Shown in pieces: positions 1 through 12,302 of a stretch of DNA of 64,000 nucleotides (within the stretch, counting starts at the first letter, position 1; every line of letters begins with the position of its first letter). The position numbers were made by a program, and so were the translations under genes. This DNA is from Mobula hypostoma. Taxonomy: Eukaryota. The notes below the pieces were generated by a model. The model ran no database searches. It was not told the origin of the DNA and saw nothing but the letters and a program-made list of their open reading frames with translations. The stretch is from contig NC_086108.1 of the NCBI RefSeq assembly GCF_963921235.1, forward strand, positions 33,358,001-33,422,000, in the 5' to 3' direction.

Positions 1-747
1 GAAATGGATAGATTTATCAAGATATCATAAAAGGGGACTACTCACTGGGCTTGTCCAGAAGAGATGATAAAACAGAAACTTCTGAATTGTGGTTTCAGTA
101 CTTGTGAGAAATATTCATTGTCTATTCTGCCTGTAAATGAGTTTTTCCTTACCATATGCATTGGTGGGACAGACATATTGTAGCAAAAGCAACAAGGGAT
201 GGAAGTAGAGTCCTTTGGAAAGTCATAATATTGCAATTGGGAGGATGACTTTAGATTTGCCTATCGGAGGGCAAGTTTTGTCTCAGCCACCAATAATTGC
301 AGTAACAAAGGAGAACGTACCAATCCAACAAACTGATAAGGGTCAATATCTATGGGACTATGTTACCAAGTTGCCACCGATTCTTCTTTTTTGAATCCAG
401 ATTCGGCACATGTTGTGGAGGAGGCAAAGGAGATAATCCATTAGTGGTCTAAATATACAAAAGTTAGTAAGACATTTTGTTAATGCAAATAAAATATTGA
501 GTGACTCAGACTCTTTGGAGAAATTTTGGAATTGGAGATCAAATGTTGAAATACATCCCTGGCTGACTCTAGGATAGTATTGTATGCTGCAGTAATATCA
601 ATTTTATGTAAGCTGATAATGGTATTGTTCAATGTGTATCAGCTTAGAAGGTGGAATTCTGAAATTGTGCAAAAGGAAGAGGATGATGGTTTTGTAATAC
701 AGGGAACGGGATTGTCTGTAGACAGAGTGTATGAATTCAGTAAGTAA
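1..747 (+). pseudogene. env: Degraded endogenous retrovirus env, C-terminal part (lokiretrovirus/fish-ERV type)
   Basis: Frameshifted pieces read WIDLSRYHK/GTTHWACPEEMIKQKLLNCGF (2-100), MTLDLPIGGQVLSQPPIIAVTKE..YLWDYVTKLPP (245-390), NIQKLVRHFVNANKIL..EKFWNWRSNVEIHPWL (452-570), then hydrophobic RIVLYAAVISILCKLIMVLFNVY and a short tail ending TAA at 745-747. The order Cys-rich ectodomain, Trp-rich membrane-proximal region, TM helix, tail fits a viral envelope. Confidence 0.65.
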
Positions 748-968
748 TTGGTACCTTTGTCTCTGTGATACAAGTGTCACACAACTGCCGGGGGTTCATG
801 GCAGTTCTGTGAGTAGTCAATAGAACAGAGGAGGATATTGATCCTAAGATAAATATCTTTGGATCAAGAGGAGAGAGATTTGGCCCAAAAGAACTACAGA
901 ATTCGAATGAAAGTGGAAGCAGACAGACCAATTTCCTTTGTTCTTGCCATGAAGGAGGCGATAGAAGC

Positions 969-1685
969 TGTCATTTTATGAAGTGACAGTGTTCTCCATT
1001 TTGTGAGTCAGTCACTTGGTTTGATCAGTGTTTTAAAGTAGACACAATAATGCCCCAGGTAATCTGCTGAACTAGAGATAATTTCCAAATAAGAAATTAT
1101 TGGCAAGGTGTTCTTTGGTTGGATATAGCATGCAGGTTTTTGACTGTTGGGGTCTGTATCTGTTCTGCAAGATTCAATCTGGTTGCTGATTGAGAACAAA
1201 GAGCCATAAATTGCTGATTGTCACTTGCTGGGAAGAGGGTAATAAATGGATGCTGGCTTGAAGCAGAGCCAATAAAAAAGTGTGTTAAAGCTCAGACATG
1301 TGATCTACAGCCAATGACACTGCAAAGCAATATTTGAATTGCTAAGGAATGAGTATAAAAGCAGAGGTCTTCACATACAGCGTAGCAAAGACTCAGTAGG
1401 AGGTTCACCATTGTGAATGTGAGGTGCCCCATGGATGTGTGGAGATTTGAAATGGGACTACGAGGAACACGTGACCAGCAGCAGAAACTCCATTTTCACT
1501 AGTATTATATTCTTGGTTCTTTGACTGTTCATGGAAGGTCAGGTAAACCCAGTAGGTGTGCACACACGTACTTGGTTGTGTAAGTTCACTTGTTTTTCCG
1601 TTGAGACAATAAAGGTACTTGTCGGGAATTACAGATTCTCTCTGTGCCTCCCTGATAATTATTACAAGGGATGATTCTTGTAACA
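969..1685 (+). mobile_element. Probable 3' LTR of the same ERV
   Basis: Purine-rich tract at 951-967 followed by TG at 969. CCAAT boxes near 1269 and 1311, TATAAAA at 1354-1360, AATAAA at 1608-1613, and a TGTAACA end at 1685. The start is approximate. Confidence 0.6.
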
Positions 1686-2789
1686 AAGCTAACATTTTCT
1701 TTTTGAAAATGATGATTCAACATAATTTCTCTGCAGAAATAGACACACAAAACGAAGATATATTGGGAAATTAATGGAATTGTAGAGATGATGCCGTTGA
1801 CTGTGGATTGCTTTTGCAGCTTTCTGTGGTTTTGCCAAGAGGACACGGCACCATGGGAGATGCTGCCTTTAATAGGATGTTAAAGTGAGTTTTATTTACC
1901 CCTCTCAAGTGGACAAAGATCTCAGATTCTGTTTGAAAGTGCGTTTGTTTCTCCCCAGTGTCCTGGTTGATATCGATCCTCAACAAACAACATTAAAAAA
2001 TTGTCTTGAAGAAGAGTTTTGGCCCAAAATGTCAACTGTTTATTCATTTCCATAGATGCTGCCTGACCTGCTGAGTTCCTCCAGCATCTTGTGTGTGTTG
2101 CATTAAGAATGGTTTTGTATTAAACAGTATTTTCAAACATACTGTTTAAGGGTGTTTGATGTAAATTGTTCTTCTTCTTCCTCCATAACAATAGTGACTG
2201 CAGTTGGGAAGTACCACAGTGGTTGTAAAGATTCTGGGGGGGGGGGGTGGTGTACTGAAGTTGTGAAAACACAATACAAATGCAAGCCTTGCTTCTTCAT
2301 TTAAAAAAAATTCTTTAAAATCTTTTGTTTTGCCTGTGCGAGTTTTCTTTCTCTCATTTCCATATTTTCCCGTTGTTGCCAAGACAACAGAAACAAAATA
2401 AAATTTGCCTCAATTCAAATGTTTATGTGCCTGACTTGCTTACTGAAAGATATTTTGCATTGCCTGGTCTTTACCACTAAGTGGCAACAAATCCCATAAA
2501 ACAACACTTCTCTGAAAAAGGAGCCATTTTCAGAAGGTTGTTCATGAGTTGTGTTATTCCCTGGTGCTTTTTTCCAAAAAGTTCAGTCTCAGGATTGGTA
2601 AAAACTGATCAAATTATTGGAAATATTTGCTGTTCCTCATCTGCCCTCTGCTTGATCACACACCTCAGAATCTAACTGTTTCACTTTGCACAGATGTTCC
2701 CCTACTGAGTAATTTCACTATTCTTTTTTACTTCAGAATTTTAGCAATTGTATAGTGATAATATGCTTCCAGGCTGTGTAAAAATGGAG

Positions 2790-4480
2790 CTTTGGTCTGT
2801 GGCCTGGAAAGCGAGTGGCTTTCAAAGGTGATTCTTCTAGAAGCACTGAGCAGGAAAAGGAAAGATTCCCAGTAAATTGTGGAACTGGGCTCGGGCTGCA
2901 ATAGAAGCTAGTAGGTGCTATGTGAAATCCATTGAGGAGGAGATGATAGGCAGATGGAGCCAGGTGGAGGGAGGAGATTGGAAAGGTGAACAAAATGAGT
3001 AGAAAACCAGGTGGACAGGTAAGTGTGTGTGTGAGGAGAGCACCAGGGCTGTGGGTTGCCTGAAGGTGGAAACCTCAACCTCTAGAGTGGTAAGCTAAAC
3101 AAGCAGAACCTGAGATGCTGTTTCTTCCAGATTGTGTTTGGCCTCTCCGCAGTAAGGATGGACTGGTCAGTTGGGGAGTTAACTTGACATGCAACTGAAG
3201 CTCAATCTTATGTTCTGTAACTCCAAAACATAAAAAACTAATTGTAAGGAAAAGAAGGGTGCTGGGAATGCAAGTCTAACTTTGTTTATACTTTTAGCAA
3301 CACGTGCACATATGATGTGGATGTGTTCCGTTTACATACTTCTACAAATAACTCATAATGCATTATGTAAACAAAAATGAATGCTTAATCAAACAATACA
3401 TTTACAATATTACTCAAACATTACTGATATATTCAATACACAACACTCAAGATGGACAGGTGCACTGCAAAATGGTTGCATAATGTTTTACCTGTTTCGA
3501 GGAGATCACATTTTTAGCACCAACTGCTGTAGACTAGGCAGAGGAGGCAGAGGTGAACCTCTGCCTTGCTTGGAAGGGCTGATTAAGTTCATGGACAGTG
3601 GTGAGGGAAGAGGTCAAGGGGCAGGTGTTACAGTTGCAGAGGAAATTGCCTGGGGATGGGGGGGGGGTGGAAATAATGAGTGAACCAGGGAATCATGAAG
3701 AGAATGGTCCTGAAGAAAGCTGAAGGGAGTGGGGGTGATGTTACTGTTGGTGGGATCATGTTAGAGTTTCCAGAAAGGTAAGAGGATAGTGCATTGGATG
3801 TGGAAATAGGTGGGATGAAAGGTGAGCACCACGGAAGAGCACCTATTGCTGTTCTGTCTAGGGAGATGAAGGTGAGAGCAGGCATGGAGGGAATGCTTGT
3901 GGGAGCTCCATCAACTATGGCAAAGGAAATGCCACATTTCCTGAAGGAGAACATTGCAGAAGTCCTACAGCAGAAGACCTCAGCCTGAGATCAAATACAG
4001 CTGAGAAACTGAGACAAAGGAGGCAGGGTAGGAGGAATATAGTCTAGGTAGCTGTGGGAGACAATGGGTTTATAGTGGGTTTTCAGTAGCTAGTCTGCAC
4101 ATCCTTGAGTGTGTTGGTTGTTATTGCAATAAATGCATTTCACTCCGTGTTTTTATGGTCCTGTGATAAATAAATCTGAACCTGAGATGGAGATACAGAA
4201 ATTTAGAAAATAAAGTGTAGTGTCAGAAATTGTCCATGCCAATTTGAAGACAGAAGGGAAGTTAATAGAAAAGGTGATAAAATTGAAGAATTCCACATGA
4301 CTTCAGGGGATAATACCAAAGCTATCACCGGTGTTGTGGATGAAGAGTTGGGGGGGTGGTGATGGGAGGAAGAGTGAGATATTGGCATAGGCTTGGAGCA
4401 AGGACTGTTCCAGTCAGTTAGCAAAATACAGGCTAAGCCAGGGTCCATGTGGGAGCCCATGGATACGCTATAATTTGGCA
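2790..4480 (-). mobile_element. Highly degraded Penelope-like element (RT region)
   Basis: ORF 4203-4481 contains SVSMGSHMDPGLAC, similar to the Penelope RT motif GVAMGTxMGPSYAC. Flanking sequence resembles the Penelope copy at 31-32 kb. Boundaries are approximate. Confidence 0.5.
3211..3445 (-). mobile_element. Solo LTR related to the Gypsy LTRs at 37323 and 42072
   Basis: TGTT...AACA termini; the reverse complement begins tgttgtgtattgaatatatcagtaatg, matching the start of those LTRs. Confidence 0.6.
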
Positions 4481-5649
4481 AAATTCAGAGGAATTGGAAG
4501 AAAAACTTACCAATTTAAGATAACTCACAGTCCAAGCACACTCACCTGTCCACTGAGTTTTCTTTTCTTTTGTTCACCTTCCTCATCCCCTCCCCTATGG
4601 GTTCCATCTGTCTATTATCCCCTCTTCACTTGGTTCCACTTACCACCTGCTGGAACCACACCCCCCTCACCTCGTACCACTGGCAATCAATCAATCAATC
4701 CTCTTCACTTCCATCCCTCTCAATTCAGCGGCTTGACCCGAAATGTCAGTTTATGTCTTTTGTCTCTGCAGATGCAGTCTGTCTTACAAAGTCCTTCTAG
4801 TGGCTGTTTCTTTAAAAATCCAGGTTCCAGCATCTGCCTTCTCTTTTTGTCTTCATCTTTCCCTAAAGGATGCGTTCGGGCTTGCAAATTTGGAGAGGAT
4901 GAAGAGGCAGTGGAAACTTTACTGCAGAGCCCTGCCAATCTGAGAGAAGAATAGAGGTGTGGATTGTAAGGATGCTGATAAAATGAGATCTTGCTTTTAC
5001 TTAAAGCACTGAAGCAGGCAAATTAATGAATCTCATTACTGCAGGAGCTTTGAATGAACTTTGTTTTGTTAATTGGTAAGTAAATAAAGAACAGAATGTA
5101 GTGTGGGGTGATGTGGTACAGATAGCAGGGACAATATTAAATAAAATACACATCCAATCAGGCTTAAATAAGAGGGATTTTGCCTCAGAAGGATACACTT
5201 ACTATCATTAACTAGTCTGTTAGTAGTGAAAGCAGAATCATGATAATCATACTATCAAACCTTTTCTCAGTTTACTACCTGTTATGTTCTCTTCTGGCCT
5301 TGCATTTTTTCCTTTTGTTCCAATATGGCAACAAGAGGACAATTCATCTATTTTGAGAGCTAATTCGTAGATGATTAATTTAAAATTGGCAGTTATGAAT
5401 CGCACAACTGGAGGGTGGAGTTGATGCCATGATGGGGGTGTGTGGTTATTGGGATGAAATGGATTTTTGGATGATGAGGTCATTTGGCTGGCCAGCAATG
5501 GCATACCAAGTGACTCATTTTTCACCATGTTCAAGTTTTAGAAGGAGGTGTGGTGTGATGACACAGGCTGCCTCTTTCCCTGTATTGCAATCTGAGACCA
5601 ATTCCACTCCTTCTCAGGGTAGTGCCGACCTCTAGCACATTTCCTTTAG

Positions 5650-6697
5650 AGTCACAGAGTCATAGAAAACTACAGCACAGAAACAGGACCTTTGGCCCAT
5701 CTATTCCATGACAAACCATTTACACTGCCTAGTGCAATCAACTGGCACCTGGACCAGAGCTCTCCCATCCATGTACCTAATCAAACATTCTTTAAATGTT
5801 GAAATTGAACTGGCATCTACCACTTGCTCTGGCAGCGTGTTCAACACTCTCAGTACCCTCTCCTAAGTCACCTTTCACCCTTAACCCATGACCTCAGTGG
5901 AAAAAGCCTGCTTGCATTTACGCTATCTACACTCCTCATTGTTTTGTATACCTCTATCAAATCTCCCCTCGATCTTCTACATTCTAGGGAATAAAGTTCT
6001 AACCTATTCAATCTTCCCTTATTACAGGAATTCTGCAGATGCTGGAAGTTCAAGCAACACACATCAAAGTTGCTGGTGAACGCAGCAGGCCAGGCAGCAT
6101 CTCTAGGAAGAGGTACAGTCAACGTTCCAGGCCGAGACCCTTTGTCAGGACTAACCCTTCGTTAGTCCTGATGAAGGGTCTCGGCCTGAAACGTCGACTG
6201 TACCACAATCTCTCCTTATAGCTCTTTATAGTCCTGGAAAACTCCTTATAAATTTTTTCTGTACTCTTCCAATATTATTTACATCTTTCTTGTAGGTAGG
6301 TGGCCAAAACTGCATACAAAACTCCAAATTAGGTCTCACCAACGTCTTATACAACTTCAACATAACATTCCAACTCCTGTACTCAATACTTCCTATGAAT
6401 GGCAATGTGTCAAAAGCTTTCTTTACTTCCCTATCTACCTGTGATGCCACTTTCAATAAATTTTGGACCTATATTCCCACATCTCTCTGTTCTACACTAT
6501 TCCTCACTGTGTAACTACCCTGGTTGGTCCTACTGAAGTACAACACCTCCCACCTGTCTACATTAAATTCCACCTGCCATTGTTCAGCCCATTTTCCCAG
6601 CTAGCCCAGATTCTGCTGCAAGCTTTGATAGTCATCCTCCTGTCCACCACACCCCAAATCATGGTGGCATCTGCAAATTTGCTGATCCAGTTAACCA
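5650..6697 (-). mobile_element. CR1 LINE, 3' part (split by the Gypsy insertion)
   Basis: ORF 6226-6456 (LYKTLVRPNLEFCMQFWPP) and RLNRLELYSLECRRSRGDLIEVYK match the CR1 ORF2 C-terminus. The reading continues from VNWISKFAD at the Gypsy boundary. Confidence 0.85.
6164..6199 (+). ncRNA. Minimal type I hammerhead ribozyme motif in a Penelope-derived repeat
   Basis: AGTC-CTGATGA-AGGGTCTCGGCCT-GAAAC-GTC-GACT: intact CUGANGA, GAAA and GUC core with stem I (agtc/gact) and stem II (agg/cct). Predicted cleavage after C6195. Confidence 0.7.
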
Positions 6698-8051
6698 TGA
6701 AACACACTGGGTCCATTGGCTATATAAGTCTAGGGAAGACAGTCTCCATCCCCACCAAATGTGTGAGATTGAGGTGTGAGCCCACCCCAAATCCTGGTTT
6801 GTGTGGATGCTGTGTGATTCATTACCCTGTTACAAATGAGTGCCACGAAATAACAGAGAGTACACCACATACAATCAAAAGCTTTAGCTTTATAATTCTT
6901 AATTTGACTAAAGGGTTAATAAAGAAAGAACAAAAAAAAGAAAAGGGCCCATCTTAATGAAACAGTTTAATGTGCACAAGTTGGAGCTCACGGTTTCTCC
7001 TTCGCCGATCCTCCTTCGATCTCACCCCAGGCTTCGTCAAATCACAGCCCTGCTTCGGGTCGAATCCTATGACCTCTTCTCTCTGGTGTCTTCTCTTCAT
7101 CTCCTTAACAAAAGCACCAGGCCCAATCTTCGTGTCTCTCACCAGAGAAACCTCCCTTTAATCTGGCCATCCTCATTGGATGGTACACAATTCTCCTATC
7201 TCAAACAAGCAGCTTGTACAGAGTAGCACAAAATGAAATCCAGAACAGCGTAACAGTAAAAAAAATACGAACCAGGGTATTACACTCCTCCCCCACCAAA
7301 ATAGTCATGTCCTCATGACCTTGAAATAGTTTGTCATCCCGTCATTAATAACACCATTTTCAAAGAAATTTCATGATGTCAGAACTTCCAATCCATTTGT
7401 AAATGGTGGTGACGTATCTCACTAGGAGGATAACCGTAGCACTCTGTTCCCCTGGTGCCACATAGGCCAACCTATCTGGGGGTCTCCTGATTCTCTGAGA
7501 CCTCCTTACCCCGTCATCTACTTCTTCAGGTTCCAACACTCCTTGAGATACACCTGGTCTATATGGCGAGGCCTCCCATGGTCTATCACTCATGCCCTCC
7601 TGCAACTCGGAACCCTCTGCCACTTGGCTGGGCCTCGCTTCATCCTCTTCATGGTCCCGCTGAAACCCAGCCTGTCCACAGATAGTCCCCCCCCACCCCC
7701 GATTTCACCTGCCTCAGCGTGAGAAGGGTTGGGAATCTCTTCCTCAATCAGTGGGGAGTTAGCAAAAGGCAGCATATACCACACCCCCATTTCCTCATAC
7801 TCTGAGTCCGTATCCTATTCAGAGGCAGGGGTCGGTCTAATCTTTCCTGCTGTTGGTCCTTCGGTCTCTCTGCGTTGCCATAGAGTCCTCTTGTTAGGTG
7901 TAGGTTCCAGGTTGGGCTCTGGGTCAACCTGCACCTCTTGCTCCAGAGGAAGAAAGTGATTCTGATGGAGAATCTTGACAGGCCCCTTCCCATCCTCTGG
8001 TTTCACCCGGAAAACAGGTATATTTGGTAGCTGACTCTCCACTATATAGGG

Positions 8052-9262
8052 CAGCAGTCCCCAAGCACCAGGCCATGGACTGGTGCCGGGCCACAAAGCA
8101 TGCGCTACCAGGCCGTGAGGGAACGATATAACTTGGCAATAGGAGTCGGCTGCATCTTTCCCTGTCACGCCCACTGTTGAGTCATTACGCATGTGAGGTC
8201 ATTACCCACACGTCATCCGTGTCAGCGCGGGAAGGAGATCAACTCCTCGAGCTTGCAAATGATGGCGGGCTGAAAAGTATGTTTGACATAACATCTCTGC
8301 CGGCATTCTGGATCAAAGTCACGGCTAAATATCCTGAGATAGCCACGAAGTCACTGAAAACGTTGCTTCCATTTCCAACATATCTCTGCAATGAATGCAA
8401 CTAAAACTAAATTGCGGAATAGACTGGACATAAGGAACCCCCTTCGAGTATCGCTGTCTCCCGTCACCCCTCGATAGGACCGTCTTGTTGCAGGGAAACA
8501 AGCCCAGGACTCCCACAGATTCAGCGATATTAGTGTGTTGCAATGATTTTATATGTTCATATGGGGAAAATATGTGCTGTGTGTTTAATATCCAAACGTT
8601 ACTTAAAATGTTATGATGCTATTGACTTATAAGTGGCTTATATAACCATATAACAATTACAGCATGGAAACAGGCCAACTCTGCCCTTCTAGTCCGTGCC
8701 AAACGCTACTGTCACCTGGTCCCACCGACCTGCACTCAGCCCATAACTCTCCATTCCTTTCCTGTCCATATACCTATCCAATTTTTCTTTAAATGACAAT
8801 ATCGGACCTGCCTCTCCCACTTCTACTGGAAGTTCGTTCAACACTTACTTCAAGCTCCCCTGTCCTCCCCTGATAATTGACTTATCACTATATTCATGCA
8901 AGGAAAATATGCGCTGTATGTTTAAGATTAAATTCGTTAGATAAACCCTTTCAGAAACAAAACTGAGTGTATTAGCCACTTATCCCCTGTATTCCGGTCA
9001 TGACTAACACCCCGCCCCAGAACAGAATCACCAAAAACGAGTTGTGGGGGAAAAAAATCGGCACATACACACATGCACACTGGTGCCCGCGCAAGGCTTC
9101 ATGGTCATTGTAGTCTTTCTTGAGGTAAACACAATGTATTTGACTGCTACTCTTGTCCGTTGGCAACCCTATCCACCCACACCCCTCCCTGGGTCGGCCG
9201 GTCCGCAAGAATATTGTCAATATTCAACCGGTCCGCAGTGCAAAAAAGGTTGGGGACCCCTG
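8052..9262 (+). mobile_element. Non-autonomous hAT (Charlie/Buster-type) element inserted in the Gypsy 3' region
   Basis: TIRs cagcagtccccaagc and ggttggggacccctg. 8-bp TSD atataggg/acataggg (NNNTANNN type). Transposase C-terminal remnant FWIKVTAKYPEIATKSLKTLLPFPT at 8177-8404. Confidence 0.85.
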
Positions 9263-10481
9263 ACATAGGGTGTAGCCGCCCAGCGGTCAGCCAACTTATG
9301 CTTTCCCGGTAGCCCTAAATTCCTTATGAGGATTCGGTCTCCCAGCCTGAGTTGGGAGAACCCAACTGTTTGATCATACCTCCTATTTCCTTGATTCTTA
9401 TTTCTTTGGCAGCCGCGACCTCAGCTAATTCATAAGCCTTTTTCAGCTCCCTTCTCATATCAGACACATGCTTCAGTTAAGTCTTCGGCTGTAGGTCTTC
9501 CTCGCTAGTCCCAAAACAAAGGTCGATGGGCAACCTCACTTCGTGCCCAAACATCAGATAATATGGCGAGTATCTGGTAGCTTTGTTTTGTGTATGGTTG
9601 TAGCAGTGGACCAGATGTCCAATATATCTCGACTCCACTTGTTCTTTTTACTGATTTCCAAGATTCCGAGCATGTCTAGCAAGGTTCGATTAAACCTCTC
9701 GGGCTGGGGATCACCCTGTGGGTGATAAGGCGTAGTCCTCAACTTCTCGACTCCAAGCATGCTCAGTAACTCATATATGAGCCTACTCTCGAAATCCCAT
9801 CCCTGATCACTGTGTATCCTCCTGGGAAGGCCATAATAAATGAAATACTTCTCCTATAACACTTCGGCCACCATGGACACCCTCTGATCCTTGGGAGGGA
9901 AAGCTTGTGCATATCTGGTGTAGTGATATGTAATGACTAGGACATTCGCCATGTTGCTGTCATCTGGCTCCATTGACAGGAAATCCATATACACCAGCTC
10001 AAGGGGCCCCGCACTCTGCAAGTGGGACAACAGAGTGGCCCTTGTAGGTAGCACCTTCCTCCGTATACATTGAATGCACGACTCTTCAACCTCTGGCTTC
10101 TTTCGGGGCCAGTAAAACCGATCTCTGAGCAATCTATAGGTTTTGTCAACCCCCAAATGGCCAGAATCATCATGGAGTAACTTCAATACAATCCCTCGAT
10201 ACTCCTCAGGCAGAACAAGCTGGGAACGCCAAGGCCAGCCTGGAGATGACGTGACCCGGTGTAGGATCTGGTTCCGCAGCTCCAAACTGGGCCACTCTCT
10301 CGGTAATTGAGACACCGCAGCGTGCTTTGTCCTCTCCGCCTGAGCCACGTCTTCCTTTTCAACCACTCACCAAATGGTACCGATGCCTGGATCATCTCAC
10401 CGAGCAGCTGCCACTTCCCCAGAACTCAATTCCGGCAACTGGTTTGTCTTCAGAGCAGTCAGATTACAGTAAGCATGTGGA

Positions 10482-11944
10482 ACCATTGTCCCCGTGCCAA
10501 AGAAGTCTCCAGTGTCCTGCCTCAACGACTACCGTCCCGTCGCACTCACATCCATCATCATGAAGTGTTTCGAGAGGCTCATCATGAGGCACATCAAGAC
10601 CCTGCTGCCCCCCTCACTTGGACCCCTGCAGTTCGCATACCATCCCAACCATTCATCAGACGACGCCATTGCCTTCACCCTCCACCTGGCCCTAACCCAC
10701 CTGGACAAAAAAGACACGTACGTTCAAATGCTGTTCATAGACTTCAGTTCAGCATTCAACACAGTCATTCCTCAGAAACTGATTGGAAAGCTGAGCCTAC
10801 TGGGCCTGAACACCTCCCTCTGCAACTGGATCCTAGACTTCCTGACTGGGAGACCTCAGTCAGTCCGGATTGGAAGCAGCATCTCCAACACCATCACACT
10901 GAGCACAGGGGCCCCCCAGGGCTGTGTGCTCAGTCCACTGCTGTTCACTCTGCTGACCCACGACTGTGCAGCAACACACAGCTCGAACCACATCATCAAG
11001 TTCGCCGATGACACAACCGTGGTGGGTCTCATCAGCAAGAACGATGAGTCAGCATACAGAGAGGAGGTGCAGCGGCTAACGGACTGGTGCAGAGCCAACA
11101 AACTGTCTCTGAATGTGAACAAAACAAAAGAGATGGTTGTTGACTTCAGGAGGACACGGAACGACCACTCTCCGCTGAACATCGATGACTCCTCCGTAGA
11201 GATCGTTAAGAGCACCAAATTTCTTGGTGTTCACCTGGCAGAGAATCTCACCTGGTCCCTCAACACCAGCTCCATAGCAAAGAAAGCCCAGCAGCGTCTC
11301 TACTTTCTGCGAAGGCTGAGAAAAGTCCATCTCCCACTCCCCATCCTCACCACGTTCTACAGAGGTTGTATTGAGAACATCCTGAGCAGCTGCATCACTG
11401 CCTGGTTTGGAAATTGCACCATCTCGGATCGCAAGACCCTGCTGCGGATAGTGAGGTCAGCTGAGAAGATCATCGGGGTCTCTCTTCCTGCCATTAGAGA
11501 CATTTACACCATACACTGCATCCGTAAAGCAAACAGCATTATGAAGGACCCCACACACCCCTCATACGAACCCTTCTCCCTCCTGCCATCTGGCAAAAGG
11601 CACTGAAGTATTCGGGCTTTAACAACCAGACTATGTAACAGTTTCTTCCCCCAAGTCATCAGACTCCTCAATACCCAGAGCCTGGACTGACACCAACCTA
11701 CTGCCCTCTACTGTGCCTATTGTCTTGTTTATTTTTTGCACTGCCTGCACTGTTTTGTGCACTTTATGTAGTCCTGGGTAGGTCTGTAGTCTAGTGTAGT
11801 TTTGTGTTGTTTTTTACGTATTTCAGTGTAGTTTTTGTATTGTTCACTATGGTCCTGAAAAACGTTTTCTCATTTTTACTTTGTGCTGTACCAGCAGTTA
11901 TGGTTGAAATGACAATAAAAAGTGACTTGACTTGACTTGACTTG
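10482..11944 (+). mobile_element. 5'-truncated Rex1/Babar-type LINE inserted in Gypsy pol
   Basis: 370-aa uninterrupted RT ORF 10494-11606 ([25 protein letters not shown]). Homology continues past the premature stop to TGA at 11690. AATAAA plus (GACTT)n tail. The Gypsy frame SDGTI|PHAYCNL rejoins across the insert. Confidence 0.92.
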
Positions 11945-12302
11945 AATGGTGCCATCCGAAGCTCTCAGTTGTACCACTGCTTGATCCTGCCCTTGCCTTC
12001 CCTCTGCCTTCACCGTGATGGGAAACTGGCTCATGGCTTTCATTCCCAGGGCAGGAACGCTCTCCCAGTCTTCGTCCCTGTCCAGCCCTTCACACACACA
12101 TTGGAACAAAGCATTGGCATCAATGTTCCTACTTCATGGCCAGTACTTCAGGCTGAAATCATAGGTAGACAACGCCGCCACCACCGATGGCCTGTGGCAT
12201 CCGATTTCGCTGAGGCCAGGATATAAATTAGGGGATTGTTGTCTGTCCTCACCTCAAACTTGGCACCATAGAGGTAGTCACTCAACTTATCCACCACAGC
12301 CC

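Noticed and set aside
42..236. Minus-strand ORFs in the first 1.2 kb as an RNA-virus polymerase EVE
   Set aside because: No polymerase motifs; the plus strand gives a coherent env-plus-LTR reading instead.
4857..4960. Exon-like segment (DEEAVETLLQ) considered as the last exon of HSD17B7, the human neighbour of CCDC190
   Set aside because: Similarity is too weak, and no other HSD17B7 exons or SDR motifs were found in the window.
10307..11011. 234-aa ORF
   Set aside because: Alternative-frame shadow spanning the Gypsy/Rex1 junction.
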